From: an uncultured virus (IMG/VR IMGVR_UViG_3300032291_001634)
Taxonomy: Duplodnaviria; Heunggongvirae; Uroviricota; Caudoviricetes
Direction: 5' to 3' (one strand)
Length of the DNA stretch: 64,000 bases
IMG/VR virus record: IMGVR_UViG_3300032291_001634
The notes under the pieces were generated by a model. The model was not told the DNA's origin. It saw only the letters and a program-made list of their open reading frames with translations, and did not search any database. A program made the position numbers and the translations under genes. Below, piece after piece: positions 57,387 through 64,000 of this stretch (positions are counted from its first letter, which is position 1; each line of letters opens with the position of its first letter).

Positions 57387-57667
57387 TATTTCTTTCCTAC
57401 TCTCCGCTTGTTTTCTTTAGCGGTGTTCTTTCCATGCTTCAAAGGACGAAGGTTAGACTTACGGTCATCTGAATGCTTGTTGTTTTTGTGGTCTACGTCA
57501 GTTCCTCTAGGGAGTTTACCGTTCTTTTCCTCATACTCCGCACGGGCCTTATTCTTGCTCGTGGTGTGCCATTTGCCGTCTTTGCCCTTTGTCTTGTAAA
57601 CATAGATTGGACGGCCTCCATTGGCCGCTGAGCCCTTATATGGACCGAATCTCTTGGTCTCTGCCAT
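57386..57667 (-). CDS. small HNH-fold protein
   Basis: DVDHKNNKHSDDRKSNLRPL.HGKN. Confidence 0.8.
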   Translation of the reverse strand: MAETKRFGPYKGSAANGGRPIYVYKTKGKDGKWHTTSKNKARAEYEEKNGKLPRGTDVDHKNNKHSDDRKSNLRPLKHGKNTAKENKRRVGKK

Positions 57668-57894
57668 TAGTCATCCTTTTTAGGGGGTAACCACTTAGTG
57701 CCACCTGGGTCAGCTATAAGGGGGCTGTTACTACCAGGGTCTGTAATTGAAGCCGGTTTCATAATAAACGTTCCTACTGGCCCTCCCATAGCACCAATAA
57801 CCGCATTGTCATCTCTTCCTTGCTGAAGGTCTTTACCGCTCAACGCTTTAGAATAAAGGTCAGTTCTTTTTTCGTGGTTTTCTCTTTTAGCCAT
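57667..57894 (-). CDS. hypothetical protein
   Basis: TAATG coupling. Confidence 0.7.
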   Translation of the reverse strand: MAKRENHEKRTDLYSKALSGKDLQQGRDDNAVIGAMGGPVGTFIMKPASITDPGSNSPLIADPGGTKWLPPKKDD

Positions 57895-58130
57895 TATCTG
57901 TGTCTCGCTGTCTTCTTAGCTATCTTTTTAGGTTGAGCAACAAATTGCTTACCTTTTTTATTGCCTTTAGCCTTAGCTCTGTTAGTAGCCTTTTTCTCAG
58001 CAGGAGTAAGGTCTTCCCAAGCCTTCTTAGGAAGGTAGCGCTTTTTACCCTTAGACGGCTTACCATCTGAGGTTGTCCACTCTTCCTTAGTCCACTTTTC
58101 GAGTGACTGCTGAGACTTTGCTTTAGCCAT
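57894..58130 (-). CDS. basic protein resembling the C-terminal half of DUF5872 proteins
   Basis: QQSLEKWTKEEW.T.DG...KRYLPKKAW..L...EK..TN..K..G.KKGKQFV. Confidence 0.7.
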   Translation of the reverse strand: MAKAKSQQSLEKWTKEEWTTSDGKPSKGKKRYLPKKAWEDLTPAEKKATNRAKAKGNKKGKQFVAQPKKIAKKTARHR

Positions 58131-58434
58131 TACGTTTATCCAAAATGTTATCTTTAACTCCCTTAATAACACCAGGTATTAGGCCTTTATAATAAGACAT
58201 AAACATCTGTCCTGTAGTAGCCCCAGCTGTCTTTGCAAACTGAGTGGCGTTAAGAAGGGCCGCATGTCTTGGCTTAAGGCCTTCGATTTCTTTATCAACA
58301 ATCATTTGACGAAGAACAGAAGGTTTACTTGTGTCTTTTGCTACTGTATTAATTCTTTTATTAGCACGGACAGTTTCATACCCAAGTGCCTTGGCAGCAC
58401 CTTTTACAGCATTTTGTGGTTTTGATTTAGCCAT
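58123..58434 (-). CDS. basic hypothetical protein
   Basis: TAATG coupling. Confidence 0.7.
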   Translation of the reverse strand: MAKSKPQNAVKGAAKALGYETVRANKRINTVAKDTSKPSVLRQMIVDKEIEGLKPRHAALLNATQFAKTAGATTGQMFMSYYKGLIPGVIKGVKDNILDKRNG

Positions 58435-58634
58435 TAGTTCTTGTAGCCTCCGCCAGCCTTCTTATATTCTGCTGCTAGAAGCTGAGCCTTACGTGCTGAC
58501 CATTCACCTGGGTCTCCACCTTTAGAGCCAGCCTTAATTCTATTAAAGATTGTCTTACGCAATCCAGGCTTGGTGTAGTTACCCGCCTCGTTTACCTTGG
58601 ACTTAGTCTTTTTTACTGGTTTTTTTGCTGCCAT
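58434..58634 (-). CDS. basic protein resembling the N-terminal half of DUF5872 proteins
   Basis: YTKPGLRK...IKAGSKGG.PGEWSARKAQLLA.EYKKAGGGYK. Confidence 0.75.
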   Translation of the reverse strand: MAAKKPVKKTKSKVNEAGNYTKPGLRKTIFNRIKAGSKGGDPGEWSARKAQLLAAEYKKAGGGYKN

Positions 58635-58860
58635 TGGTAGCCTTCTTCTTTGGATTGTTTTTGTGCCATTCACGGGTGTGCTTTACACCATCTTTAACAG
58701 TTTTAGCACCAGACTTTTCAGTCAAGTTCATTTTATCGTATTTACCCTTTTTCTTTGAGGTATGGTCAACGATAACATCGCCCTTTTTACCAATGCCTTT
58801 ATCAGACTTTTTCTTAGTAATAACGTGGCCTACGCCATCTTTAGTACGTACTCTAGTCAT
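58603..58860 (-). CDS. small basic protein
   Basis: TAATG coupling; GDVIVDH, KYDKMNLT. Confidence 0.7.
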   Translation of the reverse strand: MTRVRTKDGVGHVITKKKSDKGIGKKGDVIVDHTSKKKGKYDKMNLTEKSGAKTVKDGVKHTREWHKNNPKKKATNGSKKTSKKD

Positions 58861-59162
58861 TACCATTTAACCTTATTAGCCCAGTACGCTGCAGACATAG
58901 GGCCCTTAGCGATGTTCTTAGCATGACGGTCTTGGAAAGCTTTACGACGAGCAGCATATGCTTTAGACTCGCCTTCTTTCTTTGGAGAACCTTTAACACC
59001 TTGCTGACCAAAACGAATAGTCTTAACTTGGTCCCCAACCTTAGCAACCACAACGTGAGACTTCTTAGCTCCAGGGGTTGCTTTAGGCTTGTTGTACCCA
59101 GATACACCTGCACGAGCTAGGCGTGGGTCTCTTTTACTTGCTGGTTTCTTGTGACTTGTCAT
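58860..59162 (-). CDS. small basic protein
   Basis: GYNKPK.TP..KKSH.V.AK, KTIRFGQQG, RKAF..RH, SAAYWANKVKW. Confidence 0.8.
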   Translation of the reverse strand: MTSHKKPASKRDPRLARAGVSGYNKPKATPGAKKSHVVVAKVGDQVKTIRFGQQGVKGSPKKEGESKAYAARRKAFQDRHAKNIAKGPMSAAYWANKVKW

Positions 59163-59171
59163 TTTTATCCT

Positions 59172-59387
59172 TTACCAGCTACTTAAAGCTGTTCTTTTCC
59201 AAGTGTTCGTTGCAACACATACGTACAGGAATCCTGAAGCATAAGCTACCTGCCCAGCGACTCCTGTAGAAGTAGCTGTGGCAGGAACTGCTACCCATGG
59301 GCCTACCTTTGTATCTAGGTAATCTAGGGCAGTGTTAAGGGTGGCACCCCAAGCGGTTTGCCCTACTGTAGGTTTAACTAATGGCAT
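59172..59387 (-). CDS. small structural/fibre-associated protein
   Basis: WG..LN.ALD.LD, P.TATSTG.AGQ.AY...FLYVCVATNTW.R. Confidence 0.65.
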   Translation of the reverse strand: MPLVKPTVGQTAWGATLNTALDYLDTKVGPWVAVPATATSTGVAGQVAYASGFLYVCVATNTWKRTALSSW

Positions 59388-59389
59388 TA

Positions 59390-59992
59390 TTACTCTCCGT
59401 AACTATCTGAACCGTATTCTCCATTACCGTAACCAATTGTTCTAGGTTCTGGTTTTGATAAAGAAGCATAGGTTTGAAATTGTGGGTCGTTTACAAGTTC
59501 GTCTGGGTTTACCTGGTTACAGTCAACTGTTAACACTGCATAATTGTACCCAAATGAACCACGAGGCAGTACCCGAGTAGGGACAAACACTTCACCTCTA
59601 AATATAATTCTATCTTTAATATGGCCATTTGAATCGGTAATTAAAGAAGGAAGAAGGCGTTGAGCATCTCCAATATTAATAACTAGGCGAAGGGTATCTG
59701 TGACATAAAAACCACGCTGGTTCATGATGTTAGTACCACGAACAAACTGAGCCATAACTGCAGGCATCTTAAATGGGAGCATCCATCGTCTACCCTTATT
59801 AGGCTCTGAAGAAGAAACGTCGTAAATAGGGTCTACAATACTGGTGTAGTTTCCTTCAAGGTAATAGTCTTGCCAGCGAAACCAGTCAACTTCAACTCCA
59901 ACTGTACCGCCGAGGTCTTCGGCAATACCTTCATACAGAGACTTACTTTCGTAGTCTAAGTTAAATCTTCCTTGGAGTTTAGCGCCCCTCAT
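59390..59992 (-). CDS. neck / head-closure-like protein
   Basis: DPIYD, RGFY.TD.L, DRIIFRGEVF; TAATG-coupled start MRGAKL. Confidence 0.5.
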   Translation of the reverse strand: MRGAKLQGRFNLDYESKSLYEGIAEDLGGTVGVEVDWFRWQDYYLEGNYTSIVDPIYDVSSSEPNKGRRWMLPFKMPAVMAQFVRGTNIMNQRGFYVTDTLRLVINIGDAQRLLPSLITDSNGHIKDRIIFRGEVFVPTRVLPRGSFGYNYAVLTVDCNQVNPDELVNDPQFQTYASLSKPEPRTIGYGNGEYGSDSYGE

Positions 59993-61182
59993 TAAGTCCA
60001 CGCACCATTAACAGCAACGTTATCTACACCAATAGGTGTAAGTTTAATATAAGAACTATCTTTAATTTCAGTAACTGTAGATAAAGCATTACCTAAAATA
60101 CTAGCGTATACAGTACCTGTTGATGCTTGTTCGTTTCTTAGTATGCCCTTCCATTTTACAACACCCACTCGTGTTGATGAGGAGTTTGTGGTATTTTCTA
60201 GATTAATTGCGGTATTTCCGACCGCGTATGTTTCGTACATAGTTCTAGCTGTTGCTTGTGCGGCATAGTTTCCGCCAGTTGCACACCAGTAAGTAACCAC
60301 AAAGGCACTGTTAGCAATAGTAGCCGTTCCTTGAATTTGAAATTTTGGATATGTAGATACCGCACTTCCTACCTCATTAAAACTGAATACATACATACCT
60401 TCATATTCATATGCAGTATTTGCAGCAACTGTTAACCGCTTAAATCCATACGGAGCAGTAGCCCCTCCCAATGCACCAGAATTACCATAGTAAGTGTAGT
60501 AGTTAGTAGATTGAACAACTGCACGACCAGTGCTAGTGGATGGCGTAAAGTAAAGTGCTTTACCATCGTACTCTATGGCTCCAGCTTGTGTTGTACCAAG
60601 GTTAGTTCCAGAGGTCAGTTTAAGGGGAGCAGTGCTTCCTGCAGAAGCACCAATTAGTAAGTTAGTTAAAGTTCCAACACTAGTTAGTACCGAAGTAGTG
60701 CCTGTTGTGGTGGTTAATAAAGTTCCATTTAATGGAATAGTAGTACCATTAACGGTGGCAAGGCTTGAAAGTGAGGTGACATCAGTAGTAACCAGGGTTT
60801 TGCTAGATGGAATTGTAGTACCATTAACGGTGGCAAGGCTTGAAAGTGAGGTGACATCAGTAGTAACCAGGGTTTTGCTAGATGGAATTGTAGTCCCCCG
60901 GATAGAACCAGTAACAAGAGCCTGATATAGACCAGCCTCAATATTAGTTAAGCGTTCTGCCAAACCATCTTTGCCAGAAGCTAGCCAGTTAGCCACGTTA
61001 GAGACAAACGTACCTGTACCCCAGGTGCTGGTAGTTACTCCGATACCACCAGAAGCAACACCGCCTAATTGTCTTTCAATTTCGGTAATTTCCGTGTATG
61101 CGGAGTTAACGTCATCGGCAACAACTTTATCGATGTTATTTCGTTTAAATGTAAACGACTGAATTGATGTTGGATACGGCAT
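59992..61182 (-). CDS. fibre/minor structural protein with internal repeat
   Basis: V.ADDVN....EI..IE..LG N-terminus, AP.KL.SG.NL....GAIEYDG; Thr/Ser-rich. Confidence 0.7.
   Translation of the reverse strand: MPYPTSIQSFTFKRNNIDKVVADDVNSAYTEITEIERQLGGVASGGIGVTTSTWGTGTFVSNVANWLASGKDGLAERLTNIEAGLYQALVTGSIRGTTIPSSKTLVTTDVTSLSSLATVNGTTIPSSKTLVTTDVTSLSSLATVNGTTIPLNGTLLTTTTGTTSVLTSVGTLTNLLIGASAGSTAPLKLTSGTNLGTTQAGAIEYDGKALYFTPSTSTGRAVVQSTNYYTYYGNSGALGGATAPYGFKRLTVAANTAYEYEGMYVFSFNEVGSAVSTYPKFQIQGTATIANSAFVVTYWCATGGNYAAQATARTMYETYAVGNTAINLENTTNSSSTRVGVVKWKGILRNEQASTGTVYASILGNALSTVTEIKDSSYIKLTPIGVDNVAVNGAWT
60740..60894. repeat. perfect 75 bp tandem duplication (2 copies plus a partial third)
   Basis: GTAGTACCATTAACGG... 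recurs at 60740 and 60815; encodes TTIPSSKTLVTTDVTSLSSLATVNG twice. Confidence 0.92.
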
Positions 61183-61222
61183 GGTTTCTCCTAAAGTCTT
61201 CTATTTAATTGTAAGGCTTTAC

Positions 61223-61414
61223 TTACCCTAATAGAGCCTTAACTTCTTCTTCTGTAAGTCCTAAAGCCTGTAGTTTAGCCAAAGCAGACTGTCTAGTGGC
61301 TTCCGCTTCCGCTTCTAGTTGTGCACCGAGTTCTCTTGACGCAATTTCTTCAAAAGTTTCATCTCTTTCAATGACTTCCCCAGTCTCACAATTTACTTCT
61401 GTTATTTTTTCCAT
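61223..61414 (-). CDS. small fibre-associated (chaperone-like) protein
   Basis: VNCETGEVIER..T.EE, ALAKL.ALGLTEEE..AL; follows a fibre gene. Confidence 0.65.
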   Translation of the reverse strand: MEKITEVNCETGEVIERDETFEEIASRELGAQLEAEAEATRQSALAKLQALGLTEEEVKALLG

Positions 61415-62466
61415 TAGTTAACTCCATATAGATAGGCTGTTCCTGTTGCAGTACCAAATGTTGTTGACCCTCCAAAAGCAAATGAAGTTACCGCAGCAGG
61501 AATCAGGTTTCCAAAAGTATAGACAGAGCCGCTTCCAATCGACCTAGAGTTTGGCTGAGTATAGTTATTTATTTCAACCCAATACGAATCCCCCACAACG
61601 GGTGCTGTTCCTGCCAAAGTTAAAACTGCAGCAGCACCTGCTGATGATGTAAACGTTGTTGAAACACCTGGTTGGAATCTGCTATACCCAGTACCTGCTC
61701 CATTTACGCTGTATATAAGAGCACCAGAAAATGTGCCTAAAGTTGCAAACACAATTACTGCATATAATCTTTTATATGTTTGTGGAATAGAGGTAAAAGA
61801 AGGTGCAGAAGTAAACGCAACAGACGAAATAAGGGTATGGGATGCTGGGGTAGTCCAAGTAGGCGTATTACCTGCACCAGCAGAGGTTAGTACTTGTCCT
61901 GTATTTCCAGAAACGCTGTTTAACTGTATAGGGCTTGTGGTACCTGCATGGTTTACTGTGCCTCGGATGTTGGTAGTGCCTGTCCCAGAAGTAGACCCAA
62001 TGTTAATTGTACGAGTTGCTGAAGTGATTGTTCCAGTACCAATGTTGATTGTTTGTGAAGCAGTACCAAAGTTTCCAGTACCAAGATTAATTGTTTGGTT
62101 TGTTCCAGTACTAGACGTACCAGTAAACAAGTTAACAGTTTGGGTGTACCCCCCCAGTGTTCCTGTGTTTCCTATGTTTACATCATAAGCACTGGTTGCC
62201 AGGTTTAATGTTCCAGCAGCACCAAAAGCGTTTACTGTAGTTGCTGTTGTATTTAGTAAATCAAAACTTGTAGAGGGGGTAGTAATGCTTGTAGTTATTG
62301 CTGGAGAAGTAGTTCTAGCAATAGTTGACGCAATTCTGGCATCGGCGACTGTTCCGCTAGAAATATTAGAGCCATTTAATGAAGTAAGGCTTGCCCCAGA
62401 ACCAGAGAACGTAGTTGCGGTAATTGTACCCTCGGAGGTTACATTAGTTTTAAATAATCTAGCCAT
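61414..62466 (-). CDS. tail fibre protein
   Basis: FSGSGASLTSLNGSNISSGTV, TINIGT repeats, GQVLTS.G.G..PTW, F.SIPQTYK.L. Confidence 0.75.
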   Translation of the reverse strand: MARLFKTNVTSEGTITATTFSGSGASLTSLNGSNISSGTVADARIASTIARTTSPAITTSITTPSTSFDLLNTTATTVNAFGAAGTLNLATSAYDVNIGNTGTLGGYTQTVNLFTGTSSTGTNQTINLGTGNFGTASQTINIGTGTITSATRTINIGSTSGTGTTNIRGTVNHAGTTSPIQLNSVSGNTGQVLTSAGAGNTPTWTTPASHTLISSVAFTSAPSFTSIPQTYKRLYAVIVFATLGTFSGALIYSVNGAGTGYSRFQPGVSTTFTSSAGAAAVLTLAGTAPVVGDSYWVEINNYTQPNSRSIGSGSVYTFGNLIPAAVTSFAFGGSTTFGTATGTAYLYGVN

Positions 62467-62475
62467 GGGCTAATA

Positions 62476-63999
62476 CTATCCTACGACGACGAGTGTGTAG
62501 TTGCTTAGTGTAGTTGTGGCTGCAAAAGTGGCGGTAGCAACTGTGCTAGTTACAGTGATGTCTGTCTCTACCAAAGTAGCAGTTGAGGTTGAAGTGTCAT
62601 AAACCTGAGCATGAACTAGGTTCGACCCAAGACCGTGAGTCAAAGCAATAGTAGTTCCTGAACCAGTTCCTACAAGAGATACCTTACGAGCAACAACACC
62701 AACGTTAGTAGGTAGGTCAGCATAAGCAAGAGCCGAAGCAGACAATGAGCCTGAAGCACCCGCTCTAACAAACCCAGATGTTCCTACTGTTGGAACTCTA
62801 ACATCACCTGTGATAGTAGTAGTAGTGCTTGAACTTCCACCGATGTTGATTAGGTTTGTAGCCGAGGTTTGAACGTTAGCACCAAGGTTGATTGTTTGAC
62901 CTGCACCAGTTGAAGATGAGGTAGTACCAATAGTAATTGTTCTAGTACCAGTAGAGTGTGTTCCAGCACCTATGCTAAGGGTCGAAATGACATCACCAAC
63001 AGTTAGCGTTTGCACAGAAGGTAGTAGGTTAAATGAACTGCTTGCAGTTGTAAGGCTTGTTGCTACAGCAGGACTAGTAAAAGTCTGTACACCAGTAAAG
63101 GTCTGTGCGGCGTCTGTTCTAGCAATAGTGGCTGAGGTTCCAGGGAACGTCATAGTAGTTGAGTCAGTACCTGCAAGAGTAAGAGTGTTGCTAACGCTTA
63201 GGGTCTTAGCGTTAGTTACTGTCAAAGTACCAGTTGAAGAAGTAACTGTAAGACCATTATAAGTTTTTCCTGTTAGAGCAGAGGCAATTCGACCATCCGC
63301 AACAGTTCCAGTAGTTATTAAACCACCAGATAGGTTGTCAATACTTACTGCACCAGAAGAGACCGAGAACTGTGCGGCTGGGAATGAGGCAATACCAACA
63401 GTAGTGGTAGTCGCATTAGGGACAGCCCCAGCACCAGAGAACTGGGTGTAAGAAACAGCGTCAGTGCCAATCTTTACAGAGTAAGTAAGGTCTGCTCCAG
63501 TACCTGAAGTTGCAGTTCCCTTTACAGTCTGAACGAACTGGTCACCAGCGTAAGTGTTTCCACCAATAACGTAAACAAGGTCACCAGCAGAAAGGTCACC
63601 AAAGTGGCTGTTGTCAGCATCAGTAGAACGAGTAAGGACTGCGGCTGTTCCAACAGCACCAGCAGTGGTAACTACATAAATACCGTTAGCAATAGAGGAC
63701 GCACCAGCAGCAGCAGTAACACCGTCTTTTACAAGAACACGGTCGCCCAGAGCAAGAGTTACAGAAGTGTCTAGTGTTACTACACCAGTAGCAGAGTAAG
63801 TAATGGTTGCACCAACACCTGTACCACCATCACCTGGAGGGTTAGCAGTAGTTGAACCAGCAGCATAAACACCAGCAATAGTTCCAGTGGTTGCAGCAAC
63901 AACAGCATCGTGGATGTTGACACCAGTAGAAACGTTATCTACATAAGCTTTAGTTGCTGCATCAGAAGCGGCTGTAGGAGTTCCAACGTTAGTGACACG
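62476..63999 (-). CDS. tail fibre protein (start lies beyond the window end)
   Basis: frame is open to the window end: VTNVGTPTAASDAATKAYVD, GDRVLVKD, NGIYVV, LTRSTDAD; C-terminal THGLG...VYD. Confidence 0.8.
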   Translation of the reverse strand, partial: RVTNVGTPTAASDAATKAYVDNVSTGVNIHDAVVAATTGTIAGVYAAGSTTANPPGDGGTGVGATITYSATGVVTLDTSVTLALGDRVLVKDGVTAAAGASSIANGIYVVTTAGAVGTAAVLTRSTDADNSHFGDLSAGDLVYVIGGNTYAGDQFVQTVKGTATSGTGADLTYSVKIGTDAVSYTQFSGAGAVPNATTTTVGIASFPAAQFSVSSGAVSIDNLSGGLITTGTVADGRIASALTGKTYNGLTVTSSTGTLTVTNAKTLSVSNTLTLAGTDSTTMTFPGTSATIARTDAAQTFTGVQTFTSPAVATSLTTASSSFNLLPSVQTLTVGDVISTLSIGAGTHSTGTRTITIGTTSSSTGAGQTINLGANVQTSATNLINIGGSSSTTTTITGDVRVPTVGTSGFVRAGASGSLSASALAYADLPTNVGVVARKVSLVGTGSGTTIALTHGLGSNLVHAQVYDTSTSTATLVETDITVTSTVATATFAATTTLSNYTLVVVG

Positions 64000-64000
64000 G

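Noticed and set aside
60740..60894. Diversity-generating retroelement template/variable repeat pair
   Set aside because: The copies are adjacent and identical with no adenine-specific mismatches, and there is no reverse transcriptase in the window
1..64000. Stop-codon reassignment
   Set aside because: Conserved genes are full length under code 11, and TAA, TAG and TGA all end genes at tight junctions

Overview
This 64 kb window is part of a large tailed dsDNA phage genome with a contractile (myovirus-type) tail. The host is most likely an Actinomycetota member, based on two WhiB regulators, apparent leaderless genes and an MSMEG_6728-like gene. It has four blocks. (1) 1-9.45 kb, + strand: a putative early/accessory arm with a MoxR AAA ATPase and HExxH/vWA pair, many micro-ORFs, a prepilin peptidase, a DenV-like glycosylase, an orphan HicA and WhiB, ending at a convergent terminator. 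(2) 9.5-23.7 kb, - strand: class II ribonucleotide reductase, an uncharacterised nucleotidyltransferase + Cys-rich protein + HAD-like + TGT/DpdA-like operon, a block of large low-complexity proteins and SpoVS. (3) 23.7-39.1 kb, - strand: replication and recombination genes (RuvC, Cas4-like nuclease, Hjc-like resolvase, RecA, PolA, SSB, SNF2, primase, DnaB, DnaC-like loader). (4) 39.1-64 kb, - strand: baseplate, tape measure, tube, sheath, neck and fibre genes, interrupted by a coupled array of 12 small Lys-rich genes. The best candidates for undescribed biology are the NTase-HAD-TGT-like operon, the basic micro-protein array, the phage prepilin peptidase and a possible UUU-CGU +1 frameshift in the tail chaperone. 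I saw no capsid, portal, terminase, integrase, tRNA or CRISPR array. All calls come from reading motifs by eye; no database searches were run.
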